61,925 bases of DNA. It comes from Opitutia bacterium (GTDB lineage: Bacteria; Verrucomicrobiota; Verrucomicrobiia; Opitutales; Seribacteraceae). The translations under genes were made by a program, and so were the position numbers. Below the pieces are notes generated by a model. The model did no database searches. It was not told the origin of the DNA and saw nothing but the letters and a program-made list of their open reading frames with translations. The stretch covers positions 19,531 through 81,455 of the forward strand of contig PBSV01000006.1 in the NCBI GenBank assembly GCA_002726435.1, written 5' to 3'. Below, piece by piece: positions 39,318 through 49,128 of this stretch (the first letter of the stretch is position 1; every line of letters starts with the position of its first letter).

Positions 39318-40091
39318 CTATTTGCTCTTTTTAGAAAACATCCAGTCGTAGAACTCTCTTGTTGAGTAAACCACTTGTCGAGCATTGTGGCCCTGATCCG
39401 GATAAACTTTTATCTTTACCTGCTTGCCTCCTGCCTTACGAATCGCCGCAACTATGCGCTCCGATCTTTCCGCGGGAACAACTTTATCTTTGGCTCCGGC
39501 AAAAGCATAAACGGGCACTTTTGCCAAGTTGGCGGCCCATTGGTCAAGATCAGGTGTCACATCCTTAGGACCGCCCGGTCCAATGCCTCCGACAATTGGA
39601 GCAATTGCAGCAAATCGGCTGGGGCTGTGTCCACCCCATAACCAAGATCCGTATCCTCCCATGCTATTGCCAGTGAGGTATACTTTTTGGGGGTCAATCG
39701 GTAATTTCTCTAACAATTCATCTAACAAGTAATTTAAATCTTCGGCTTGCCAAGTACCACGACCGCGATCTTTTTTCGACTTTTTACACTGTGGAACCAC
39801 CACGAAGCAAGGACCCTTACCAAACTGATTAATGCCTTCAACCAAGGCATTCGCCTGCATCCCAACGCGACGAACATCGCTCCCTACCCCTCCCCCACCA
39901 TGTAGGTAAATTAACAGAGATGCCATTTTGGAATCCTTCTGCCTGGGCAAAAAAACCAAATACTCTGGGTTTAGACAAATTGTTTTGGCTGAAATAAAGG
40001 GTCTTAACTTCATTAATTCTGGCTCTCTACCTTGAACAAAAAATAAGGAAGAGGATAAAATTATGCAGAAAAGACTAAGGTATATTTTCAT
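39318..40091 (-). CDS. Secreted alpha/beta-hydrolase, same family as 19072..19860
   Basis: LLIYLHGGGG, VVVPQC, YLTGNSMGGYG, GAKD, QGHN. Confidence 0.87.
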   Translation of the reverse strand: MKIYLSLFCIILSSSLFFVQGREPELMKLRPFISAKTICLNPEYLVFLPRQKDSKMASLLIYLHGGGGVGSDVRRVGMQANALVEGINQFGKGPCFVVVPQCKKSKKDRGRGTWQAEDLNYLLDELLEKLPIDPQKVYLTGNSMGGYGSWLWGGHSPSRFAAIAPIVGGIGPGGPKDVTPDLDQWAANLAKVPVYAFAGAKDKVVPAERSERIVAAIRKAGGKQVKIKVYPDQGHNARQVVYSTREFYDWMFSKKSK

Positions 40092-40194
40092 GGTAATCAG
40101 ATTACTTTATTCAGTCCCTTGATCAACAGGAAGAAAATTTTTGAAATTATTTTGATCAGGTAACTTGCTGTAGAAAAAGAGTTTTGATCAATCA

Positions 40195-41172
40195 CTACTT
40201 TGATTTTCTTAGCGGAATTTTGTTTCGATTTTCTCTTCTTTGATGCATCCCACCTCTTAACCTTAATGGCTCAGCTCGAAAATAACGTGGAATTACCGGC
40301 CAGTTTTCAGTCAGAAAATAGGCATAAGTGCCCCTTGGAAATTCTTTTGTTTTCGTAATCCGGCCATTGCACTCATCGAGGTCACCCAAACCCCTAACAA
40401 ATTCGTAGTCCTTACTAAAAGTTCCATCATACTTTCCACCCGGCGGGCTCGGCCGCTTGCCCTTTTTAAGTCGGTAACTGCTAATCATTTTGATAATCTC
40501 AGAATTTGGATCTTCTGGATCTTTCAAGCCAAACAAGGCATAAATCGGATAACCGTCCATAGAATATCCGACCAGTGGGGAATGTTCCTCGGGGTGAAGA
40601 CCAATCTTTTCCAACAATCCGGTTGGCAGACCATGATAATGGTAGGAGCCGCTGGGTTGTACATGAGCATGATTATGGTCTAAACCCAGTAATACCGCCC
40701 CACTCATGGCTTCATAATTCCAGTCCGCCTTTCGGTCTCCCATATAAAACTCAGCAGTTCCCGGATCAAAAAGCACACCATTTACCGCAATTCCGAAAGG
40801 TATATTCGGGGGTCCACGACCAGTATCGTTATGCAAAGGAATCGGTTCTATTGCCGGCGTCTGATTGAGAGACAAAGAGAAATTATGATTTTGTTCCTTG
40901 ATTGAATTTGGATTATGCCTGCTGGGAAATTGGCCAACTCGATGAACAGGAATTCCATTTGCCTTCACCTCAAGTTCCTTGTTTGATTTTTTGAATTCAC
41001 TCTTGTTTTTGAGCCCTAGTTTTTGATCAGAGGGAAGAGTTTTTAATACACCACTCTTAATAACTGTGTGCTGGCGAACCGGTGGTCGCCCTCCCGTCTG
41101 TTGAGCAAATACTCCACTGATGACAAAAAGCGCTACAATTGAAGCTATACAAAAGACTCGGGGTTTTTTCAT
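40195..41172 (-). CDS. YHYH-domain secreted protein
   Basis: NGIPVH, GIAVNGV, HAHVQPSGSYHYHG, DGYPIY, GDLDECNG, YAYFLT. Confidence 0.9.
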   Translation of the reverse strand: MKKPRVFCIASIVALFVISGVFAQQTGGRPPVRQHTVIKSGVLKTLPSDQKLGLKNKSEFKKSNKELEVKANGIPVHRVGQFPSRHNPNSIKEQNHNFSLSLNQTPAIEPIPLHNDTGRGPPNIPFGIAVNGVLFDPGTAEFYMGDRKADWNYEAMSGAVLLGLDHNHAHVQPSGSYHYHGLPTGLLEKIGLHPEEHSPLVGYSMDGYPIYALFGLKDPEDPNSEIIKMISSYRLKKGKRPSPPGGKYDGTFSKDYEFVRGLGDLDECNGRITKTKEFPRGTYAYFLTENWPVIPRYFRAEPLRLRGGMHQRRENRNKIPLRKSK

Positions 41173-41435
41173 AATTTAAAAGTGCTCACACCTACAATAA
41201 GTTTAATTTGAACAGTCCATCCTACTGCTCAAAACCTTTTTTTGAAACATAATTTTAGAAGTTTTAACCTTCATAAATCTGAGGTTCCTAAATCGTTTAC
41301 AACCAACGGGTTATATGACCCAACTATTTCAACTTATAAAAAGCGAACCTGTAATAGTCTTACCCAGATTCACGCTCACATAAAATGCCGAATTAACCTA
41401 CCAAAAGCTTGTCCTAATTTCATTGATTTTTGATA

Positions 41436-41465
41436 TTTGATACATAGTTTATATTTCAAATGAAT
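41436..41465. promoter_or_regulatory. Imperfect palindrome at the iclR start, candidate autoregulatory operator
   Basis: TTTGATACATAGTTTATATTTCAAA (41436-41460) is an imperfect inverted repeat ending at the A of the ATG. Confidence 0.4.
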
Positions 41466-42248
41466 ACCGAAGATCATAAATATAATGTCCCTGGTTTAGA
41501 CCGGGCACTTTCAATCATTGAGTTACTTAATTCTAACCCGCTTGGCCTCTCAGTCAATGAATTGGCGTGTCGCCTCGAATATCCACTCAATAGCGTCTAC
41601 AGAATAATGACTACTTTAGAGAGACGAAAATATGTTCACAAACAGCCTGGTAATTCGGTTTTCATACTTTCAGAAAAGTTTCTTCAACTTGCCACCCCGG
41701 TTGCTGGAGAACCTGCATTTATCGAGATGGCCCTTCCGCACATGCGTGCTCTTCGAGATTTGTCAAAAGAAACAATCCTCGCAGGAGTGATGGTTGGCTC
41801 AGAAGGAGTGGTATTAGAGCAAGTTGAGGGGTTGCATTCCTTCAGTTTCAGAATTAATCCCGGCTTGCGCTTTCCCTTGCACAGTGCTGCTCCCGGTAAA
41901 ATCTTTATTTCACAACTCGAACGAAAGAGACAAATTTCCACAATCGAAGCTCTTGATCTAAAACGTTACACCTCAAACACCATTGTTTCAAAAAATGCAC
42001 TGGGCGATGAAATCAAACTGGTGAGTACTCAGGGATATGGAGTTGATTACGAGGAGGCAATCAAGGGGCAAGCTTGCGTCGCTGCAGCGGTGCTTGGTCG
42101 AAATGCGAAGCTAGTCGGGTCCATTTGGCTGGTAGCCCCCACTAGTCGTCTCGCGAGGAAGGACATCCCAAAAATTGCTAGTTTAGTTAAGAAGAGTGCC
42201 GAAGAAATATCTACCTCACTTGGAAATCAGTTTCTTCAAGTAGCCTGA
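41460..42248 (+). CDS. IclR-family transcriptional regulator
   Basis: VPGLDRALSIIELL, SVYRIMTTL HTH, PLHSAAPGK, YTSNTI, GYGVDYEE. Confidence 0.93.
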   Translation: MNTEDHKYNVPGLDRALSIIELLNSNPLGLSVNELACRLEYPLNSVYRIMTTLERRKYVHKQPGNSVFILSEKFLQLATPVAGEPAFIEMALPHMRALRDLSKETILAGVMVGSEGVVLEQVEGLHSFSFRINPGLRFPLHSAAPGKIFISQLERKRQISTIEALDLKRYTSNTIVSKNALGDEIKLVSTQGYGVDYEEAIKGQACVAAAVLGRNAKLVGSIWLVAPTSRLARKDIPKIASLVKKSAEEISTSLGNQFLQVA

Positions 42249-42289
42249 GTCAAGTTGTCTACCCCTTTATTTGATATAAATTATTCCAC

Positions 42290-44875
42290 ATGAAATTTCC
42301 TGTATTCTTACTCTCTTTTGTATTTTGCATTTTTTGCAGAATTCAAGCGGAGACAGGGCATGAAAGTACAACCAAGGTTAATGAATTCACCAAATCTCAC
42401 TGGGCGTTCAAAAAACCAACTGCCGCTAATATTCCAAATTTGCCCCAATATTCAAACCCAATCGATCGATTTATCCATGCTAAACTTGCTGAACAAAATT
42501 TGTCTCCCAATCCACAGGCTGAGGATCATGCACTGATTCGTCGAATGTATTATGATTTGATCGGATTGCCACCGGCACCCGAGGAAGTGGACGCTTACAT
42601 CTCTAACAAACAACCAGACAAATTCAACAGACTGGTGGATCAACTTCTCAAGTCCCCCCATTACGGGGAAAAATGGGGCAGGCACTGGCTTGATTTAGTG
42701 CGCTATGCCGAGACCAACGGATATGAAAGGGACGGTGATAAAACACAGGCATGGCGCTACCGAGATTATGTGATTAATTCGTTTAACCAAAACAAACCCT
42801 ACGACCAATTCATTCTGGAACAACTTGCCGGGGACGAAATTGAAAACCCAAGTGCCGCTGCAATCACCGCAACCGGATTTCACCGACTGGGAATTTGGGA
42901 CGATGAACCTGCCGACCGCGTGCTCGCCCGGCATGATTATTTGGATGATATTGTGCGCACCACCACGGAAGTCTTTCTCGGGATGACCGTTGGATGTGCC
43001 CGATGTCATGACCATAAGATCGACCCCATTCCGACAAAGGATTACTATTCCATGCTTGCCTTTTTTGCCAACATCACACCGCATAGCAAACGGGAAGAAA
43101 ATTTAGTTGAAGTTAAGGATTCTACTGGGAATATTTCTTACAAGAGTGAAATTAAAGTTTGGAATAGACTAAGAAATCATTTGCAGAGGCATATCTTTGA
43201 TTTTGAAGAAAAATTTCTTGCCAAATACGATAATGATCCTTCCATCATCAACTCAGGAAAAGTACTGGCCAAACCAACCATCCTTGTTGAGGACGCAAGG
43301 GGTAATGGGAGACAATGGAGTTATACTGAAAGAAAGCCAGTACAAGAATGGATTGAGGTTGGATATAATGACCAGGATTGGAATTCAGGGATGGGAGGTT
43401 TTGGAAAAGTCAGTCCGAAGGAAAAACTTGGTACTAAATGGGTAACATCCGATATCTGGTTGCGAACCACATTCCGGTTGGCAACCATCCCCAAGACCTT
43501 ACGGGTGACTCTTAAACACGATGAGGATGTGGAGGTATACCTGAACGGTAAACTAGTTTTCCAAAATACAGGCCTTATTTCCAAGTACGAGACGCATAAT
43601 ATTAGCCAAGAAAGTGCCGATGTTCTTCAAACCGGTAAAAATGTGGTGGCCGTGCACTGCAGTCAAACTGTGGGCGGACAATTTATCGACCTTGGGCTCG
43701 AATGTTTTGAAGAAGCAATCGATCATGCCGAACTAATTCGCAAACACGGCACGAGATTGATGGGAGAAGACCTCCACAAGCAATACAAAAACAGAATTCG
43801 GGAACTTGGGAGGCATTTACCGACAAAGCCAAAGTCTGATTATTTCAAAGCACTCTCGGTCTCGGAAAACGGCGAGCAGGTGACCAAAGTTCTTCGCCGT
43901 GGAAATCCTGCACTCGAAGGGGAGGAAGTTTTCCCAGCTTTCCCCTCAGTACTGAGTCCACCGGATCCGGTAATTCAAAAGCTTGCAAAATCTTCCGGAA
44001 GAAGAATTGCACTTGCCAAGTGGATTGGTTCCAAAGATAACCCGATTTCTGCGCGGGTAATGGTGAATCGAATTTGGCAATACCATTTTGGCCGGGGTAT
44101 TGTCGATAGTTCCAGTGATTTTGGATTTCAAGGCACACTTCCTACGCATCCAAATCTACTTGATTGGTTGGCCGTTCAATTTATGGATTCCGGATGGAAT
44201 ATTAAGAGGATGCATAAGTTAATCATGAATTCCGATGCCTACAAAAGATCTTCCATGCCCAATGACTTTGCCCTTGGACAGGATCCATTGAATCGCTCGT
44301 TTTGGCGCTATGATATGAGAAGATTGACTTCGGAGGAAGTGAGGGACTCCGTCTTAAACGCATGCGGTACCATCAACCTAGAAATGTGGGGACAAAGTGT
44401 GACACCACCAGTTCCCGATATCATTCTTGCAGGTTCTTCGGTGAAAGGAAAAGGCTGGGGAGCTTGCACGCCCGAACAAGCCAATCGTAGAAGCGTCTAT
44501 GTTAAGGTGATGCGTTCCATGCAAATGCCTCTGCTCATTAACCACGACATGGCAGATACCGACTCCACCTGCCCGGTCCGGTTTAACACCACCGTTCCCA
44601 CTCAGGCCCTTAATATGTTGAACGGTAAATTCATCAATGACTCTGCCAAGTCCTTTGCAAACCGACTGCGAACAGAGGCAGGAAAAGAACCGAACAAGCA
44701 GGTTGAACGCGCTCTTAAACTTGTTTTTTCCCGCAGTCCGCAAAAAGATGAAATTAATGCCGGTGTGGAAATGATGAAAAACATGAAGAATAAATTTAGT
44801 CTTTCGGAAGAAGAAGCACTGGATCGCTTCGCCCTTCTTGCCCTCAACCTTAATGAATTCGTATACCTCGATTAG
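42290..44875 (+). CDS. DUF1549/DUF1553 (PSD1/PSCyt2-type) protein with an inserted galactose-binding-like module
   Basis: HWAF, NPIDRFI, LIRRMYYDLIGLPP, YGEKWGRHWLDLVRYAETNGYERD, CARCHDHK, VNRIWQYHFGRG, PTHPNLLDWLA, QALNMLN. Confidence 0.93.
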   Translation: MKFPVFLLSFVFCIFCRIQAETGHESTTKVNEFTKSHWAFKKPTAANIPNLPQYSNPIDRFIHAKLAEQNLSPNPQAEDHALIRRMYYDLIGLPPAPEEVDAYISNKQPDKFNRLVDQLLKSPHYGEKWGRHWLDLVRYAETNGYERDGDKTQAWRYRDYVINSFNQNKPYDQFILEQLAGDEIENPSAAAITATGFHRLGIWDDEPADRVLARHDYLDDIVRTTTEVFLGMTVGCARCHDHKIDPIPTKDYYSMLAFFANITPHSKREENLVEVKDSTGNISYKSEIKVWNRLRNHLQRHIFDFEEKFLAKYDNDPSIINSGKVLAKPTILVEDARGNGRQWSYTERKPVQEWIEVGYNDQDWNSGMGGFGKVSPKEKLGTKWVTSDIWLRTTFRLATIPKTLRVTLKHDEDVEVYLNGKLVFQNTGLISKYETHNISQESADVLQTGKNVVAVHCSQTVGGQFIDLGLECFEEAIDHAELIRKHGTRLMGEDLHKQYKNRIRELGRHLPTKPKSDYFKALSVSENGEQVTKVLRRGNPALEGEEVFPAFPSVLSPPDPVIQKLAKSSGRRIALAKWIGSKDNPISARVMVNRIWQYHFGRGIVDSSSDFGFQGTLPTHPNLLDWLAVQFMDSGWNIKRMHKLIMNSDAYKRSSMPNDFALGQDPLNRSFWRYDMRRLTSEEVRDSVLNACGTINLEMWGQSVTPPVPDIILAGSSVKGKGWGACTPEQANRRSVYVKVMRSMQMPLLINHDMADTDSTCPVRFNTTVPTQALNMLNGKFINDSAKSFANRLRTEAGKEPNKQVERALKLVFSRSPQKDEINAGVEMMKNMKNKFSLSEEEALDRFALLALNLNEFVYLD

Positions 44876-44877
44876 TT

Positions 44878-46347
44878 ATGAACGAAAAACCACAAAACAC
44901 ATTTTGTAACCGTACCCACCGAAGGGAGTTCCTCAAGGATATAGGAGGAGGATTCGCCTCGCTAGGGCTGACCGGGATGCTTGCACAGGACGGATTCTTT
45001 TCCAGCAAGGCGATGGCAAGTAGTGCATCATCCTTTGTGAACCCCCTTGCCCCGAAAAACTCGGCTTTCCCTGGAAAAGCGAAGTCAGTAATCTTTCTCT
45101 TTATGTACGGTGGCCCTAGCCAAGTAGATACCTTTGATTACAACCCTAATCTTTATCCCTTAGATGGAAAATTTATTAAAGTTAACACATTCGGTCGGGG
45201 TGGAAAGCGCAATGAAAGTCGGGTGGTGGGACCAAAGTGGAAATTCCGTCCTTATGGCGATTGTGGAAAATATGTTTCCGATCTATTCCCACACATCGGT
45301 TCCTGTGTAGATGATATTGCCTTTTTGCATTCGATGAAAGCGGAGTCTCCGATTCATGGATCTGCCATGCTGATGATGAACGCGGGCAACCTTCTTTCCG
45401 GTCATCCATCCCTTGGATCCTGGGTAAACTATGGTCTCGGCAGCGTGAATGAAAACCTTCCGGGTTATGTGGTCATGCTCGACAAGACGGGAGGACCAAT
45501 AAGTGGTGCAAAAAACTGGTCCAGCGGATATATGCCCGCAAGCTATCAAGGCACCGTTCTCCGCTCTCAGGGTTCACCCATTCTTGACCTCGAAAACTCA
45601 CATGGTATTCCTCGCCCACAACAACGGACGATGTTGGATCATTTGAGAACAATGAACGAGGGCCATCTCTCCGAGCGGTATGACAATACAAATCTAGCCG
45701 CCCGTGTCGCCTCCTATGAATTAGCCTACAAGATGCAAGCATCCGCACCGGAAGCGGTCGATGTCGACAAAGAGCCCGAATACATTAAGAATCTATACGG
45801 AATGGATGGCACAAACACTGAGGATTTTGGGCGAAAGTGCCTGCTTGCCCGCCGTCTGGTTGAGCGAGGAGTTCGTTTCATACAAATTTATTCGGGCGGA
45901 CACCACAATGATAACAATTGGGATGCTCATGGTGACTTAGTAAAGAATCACTCTTTCCATGCCGGAAACACCGATAAACCAATCGCCGGGTTACTCAAAG
46001 ATCTGAAACAACGGGGCTTGTTGGATGAGACATTAGTGGTCTGGGGGGGTGAATTTGGCCGCCAACCCACTGCAGAATACGCCAGTGGGACGGGACGGGA
46101 TCACAACTCCTGGGGATTTACAATGTGGATGGCCGGCGGCGGAATAAAAGGAGGCATAAGCGTGGGCGAAACTGATGAACTCGGGAGCCAGGCAGTTACA
46201 GATCGGTTCCATGTTCGACGCTTACACGCCACAATTTTACATCAACTTGGACTTGATCCGAATAATCTGTCTTATTTCCATGGCGGATTAGATAAAAGCC
46301 TTGTGGGAGTGGAGGGAGCAGCTCCAATTCAGCAGGTGATTGCATAA
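44878..46347 (+). CDS. DUF1501-family Tat-exported protein
   Basis: HRREFL signal; AKSVIFLFMYGGPSQVDTFD, PSLGSW, CLLARRLVERGVRF, WDAH, GEFGRQP, GRDHN. Confidence 0.94.
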   Translation: MNEKPQNTFCNRTHRREFLKDIGGGFASLGLTGMLAQDGFFSSKAMASSASSFVNPLAPKNSAFPGKAKSVIFLFMYGGPSQVDTFDYNPNLYPLDGKFIKVNTFGRGGKRNESRVVGPKWKFRPYGDCGKYVSDLFPHIGSCVDDIAFLHSMKAESPIHGSAMLMMNAGNLLSGHPSLGSWVNYGLGSVNENLPGYVVMLDKTGGPISGAKNWSSGYMPASYQGTVLRSQGSPILDLENSHGIPRPQQRTMLDHLRTMNEGHLSERYDNTNLAARVASYELAYKMQASAPEAVDVDKEPEYIKNLYGMDGTNTEDFGRKCLLARRLVERGVRFIQIYSGGHHNDNNWDAHGDLVKNHSFHAGNTDKPIAGLLKDLKQRGLLDETLVVWGGEFGRQPTAEYASGTGRDHNSWGFTMWMAGGGIKGGISVGETDELGSQAVTDRFHVRRLHATILHQLGLDPNNLSYFHGGLDKSLVGVEGAAPIQQVIA

Positions 46348-46365
46348 CTGATAAAAGTTAAGCTT

Positions 46366-46728
46366 TTACGATTGTTTACCAGTACCAATAAAAAAAGGAA
46401 AGTAAACAAGGACGACCGTCGCAGACAATACCGTGGAAAAGTCTTGAAAATAGGGGTAAAGGAAAACCCCGCACAACACGATTGCTTCTGCTGTGGCCAA
46501 ACCGTAAAAATAATAAATTAATTTTTTCTTTAATAGATCAATTCTCGGGATGATTAAAACCCTTATTACTAGAGAAACTAAAAGTAATAAAAGAGTTATC
46601 GATAGGTAAATTGGGCTTATATCTTCACTTTCGGGATTGGCCTCACCATATCGAGTTCTTATTGCAAGAATTCCCGTAAATACTATCACCCAAACCAACC
46701 AAAAAGCGTTAAGTTTCAAACTCATCAC
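46366..46728 (-). CDS. Hypothetical membrane protein (about 4 TM)
   Basis: 120-aa strongly hydrophobic ORF filling the gap between DUF1501 and rlmN. Confidence 0.65.
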   Translation of the reverse strand: MMSLKLNAFWLVWVIVFTGILAIRTRYGEANPESEDISPIYLSITLLLLLVSLVIRVLIIPRIDLLKKKLIYYFYGLATAEAIVLCGVFLYPYFQDFSTVLSATVVLVYFPFFIGTGKQS

Positions 46729-46885
46729 TTTTTGAATCCTGAAATTGATTCCAAGACAATAATTTTGCTCTTTTTATTCACCTCTTCTATCTCGGTTTTT
46801 TTAGTAAAATAAGATTTGATAATTAGAAATCAGTAAGGCTTGCCGATTGCAAAATTAAATAACAATCGATATTTAATTAATCCTA

Positions 46886-47971
46886 ATGAAAGTTCCTAAG
46901 CCGTTGCTCATTGATTTGCCCTTCAGTGAATGGAAGCTTGAAGGACTACCTTCCTACAGGATTGCTCAAGTCAGGGACTGGATATTTGCAAAAGGTGTTC
47001 TCGATTTCGAAGATATGAGCAATCTACCTTTGAGCTTAAGAACAAAGTTAAAAGATGAATACCACCTCACGCCAATGGATTTGGCCAAGGAACAAGGTTC
47101 TTTCGATACCACTCAAAAATTTCTCTGGAAGTTGCGTGATGGTCAGTTAATTGAGAGTGTATTGATTCGCGCAACCGAAGGAACTCAAGGTGTACGTGCC
47201 ACCCGTTTGACACTCTGTGTTTCAACACAAGTTGGTTGTGGCCTTGGTTGTAAATTTTGTGCGAGCGGCCTGGACGGCTTAAAAAGGAACCTCAGTACCG
47301 GTGAAATCTTAGGGCAAATTATACTGGCTCGGACGAAGGCAGGTAAAAGAATCGATAATCTTGTCTTTATGGGCATGGGCGAACCACTGGCCAATTTGTC
47401 GGCTTTAATCCCTGCCCTTGATCAAATCTTATCTCCACAAGGATTAGGTATTGGAGCACGTCACATTACGCTTTCGACCAGTGGTCTAGTACCAAAAATC
47501 TTGGAACTCGCCAAATATCCTGCACAAATTCGCTTGGCAATTTCTCTACATGGAGGCGACGACGAAACTCGTCGAAAAATTATGCCCATCAATGACCGCT
47601 ATTCCATTAATGAACTTTTCGCAGCCTGCCAAACCTTTATCAAGCAAAGAAAGAAAATGATAACTTTGGAATACATATTGATCGAGGGAATCAATGATGA
47701 CCTTAAGCAGGCGGAATTACTTGCGAAGCATGCAATTAAATTAAATGCCAAAGTTAATTTAATCCCTTACAACCGAGTCGATGGTCTTGACTGGAAAAGA
47801 CCAAGCATTACTCAAATCGAAGCTTTCCATAAGAGAGTGTCTCAGTTAAAAGCCCCGCGTGTTACATTGCGAATGGAAAAAGGCCACGACATTGAAGCTG
47901 CATGCGGACAATTAAGACTGCGCGAAAATACAGCTTCTTCGCAGGGGGTGAAAATTACTGATTTACCATGA
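46886..47971 (+). CDS. rlmN: Dual-specificity RNA methyltransferase RlmN (radical SAM)
   Basis: CVSTQVGCGLGCKFCASG, FMGMGEP, STSG, LAISLH, NLIPYN, AACGQL. Confidence 0.96.
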   Translation: MKVPKPLLIDLPFSEWKLEGLPSYRIAQVRDWIFAKGVLDFEDMSNLPLSLRTKLKDEYHLTPMDLAKEQGSFDTTQKFLWKLRDGQLIESVLIRATEGTQGVRATRLTLCVSTQVGCGLGCKFCASGLDGLKRNLSTGEILGQIILARTKAGKRIDNLVFMGMGEPLANLSALIPALDQILSPQGLGIGARHITLSTSGLVPKILELAKYPAQIRLAISLHGGDDETRRKIMPINDRYSINELFAACQTFIKQRKKMITLEYILIEGINDDLKQAELLAKHAIKLNAKVNLIPYNRVDGLDWKRPSITQIEAFHKRVSQLKAPRVTLRMEKGHDIEAACGQLRLRENTASSQGVKITDLP

Positions 47972-47996
47972 CCGACTTTCAAAATCTAGAAATTTC

Positions 47997-48434
47997 TTAT
48001 TTGGAAGAATCGGATTTGCCTGTTCTTAATCTGATTTCTTTGGCTTCTTCTTCGGTTACCCACATGTGAATATGAGACTTTTCAACCGTAAGTACATAAT
48101 TCCTGTTTAAGGTAAACCCGTAAGTTTTAAACATGAGCTGATTATTCTCGTTTAATTTCAACTGCAAATTTTCTAATTGTTGCTCTAAATTTTTCCGCTG
48201 ATCTTGAGCTTCGACGGAATCCAATTTACTCGAAATTTGAGCAGCAAGAGCTCGTTGCTGTTGAACGAGTTGTACATTTTTCTGAAATTCCTTGTTTGCA
48301 TCAATTGTATTCAAGGAAGCAACTCGGACTAGCTGAAGATTACTTTTCGGTGTATCATTCTGTTGCTGCCCAGTTAAATATTGAAAGGAAACAAGGCATG
48401 CCAATGCGAGGGATAAAGGGATCATTTTAGTCAT
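47997..48434 (-). CDS. Secreted hypothetical protein with coiled coil
   Basis: Signal peptide; Gln/Asn-rich heptad region; 145 aa. Confidence 0.75.
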   Translation of the reverse strand: MTKMIPLSLALACLVSFQYLTGQQQNDTPKSNLQLVRVASLNTIDANKEFQKNVQLVQQQRALAAQISSKLDSVEAQDQRKNLEQQLENLQLKLNENNQLMFKTYGFTLNRNYVLTVEKSHIHMWVTEEEAKEIRLRTGKSDSSK

Positions 48435-48480
48435 GAGTTCAACTTAGTGAGAATCGAATACAGATTCAAACCCTTAAAAC

Positions 48481-49128
48481 CTAATGAATTTTTTTGAGAA
48501 TAATTTTTTTGAATTCAGCAGTGGTTGCATAGGTGGTTATACCAAGTGGCGTAGACATCTCTATTTCACCGAATCTCATACTCACCTCCCTTCCACCAAC
48601 TTCACAATCAATTACCATTTCATCGTCAATCCAAACAATAATTTCTTCCTCAGTAACCCGTAGTCGAATATTATACCACTTGTTCTCTTCAAAAGAATAG
48701 GCATCTGCGGTTTCATTTTCTGCCGCATCATAACCATCGATACTGGAGATTCCAATTAATGCCCCACCCCATCCGCCGACAATCAAGGTCGCATGCGATT
48801 CTAGGTAGGGGAAAGTAAGACCGCAAAAAAAATCACTACCCATCGTCCGCTTGGCCACAACATCGATTTCATAGTCGATTGTTGGCAATGCCTTACCCTT
48901 CCAATTCAGCCCTGAAAGTTCAGCACCCATTTCCAGAATCAAGCTTCGGTTTTCATCAATTCTAATTTCTCCTTTTCCTGCATAGTCAGTTTTTTCCCAA
49001 TTTTTTAGACTTGATCCATCAAAAAGAATTGTATCATTTTGTTTTGGTTTTTTTTCTGAAAGCTTTGCGATCAGCTGTCCACTAGTAACAAGTAGCAAAA
49101 AAGAAATAAAAAAAAGTCTGAATTTCAT
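48481..49128 (-). CDS. DUF1080 (3-keto-disaccharide hydrolase-like) secreted protein
   Basis: LFDGSSLKNW, DYEI, GSDFFCGLTFP, WYNIRLRV, EFKKI; ATG 49128 overlaps the gluconokinase stop (ATGA). Confidence 0.82.
   Translation of the reverse strand: MKFRLFFISFLLLVTSGQLIAKLSEKKPKQNDTILFDGSSLKNWEKTDYAGKGEIRIDENRSLILEMGAELSGLNWKGKALPTIDYEIDVVAKRTMGSDFFCGLTFPYLESHATLIVGGWGGALIGISSIDGYDAAENETADAYSFEENKWYNIRLRVTEEEIIVWIDDEMVIDCEVGGREVSMRFGEIEMSTPLGITTYATTAEFKKIILKKIH

Noticed and set aside
41173-41435. Long intergenic region with small hairpins and a 63-aa ORF (41242..41433)
   Set aside because: Divergent promoter region; stems are short and the TTG-start ORF has no recognisable features, so an sRNA or peptide cannot be supported.
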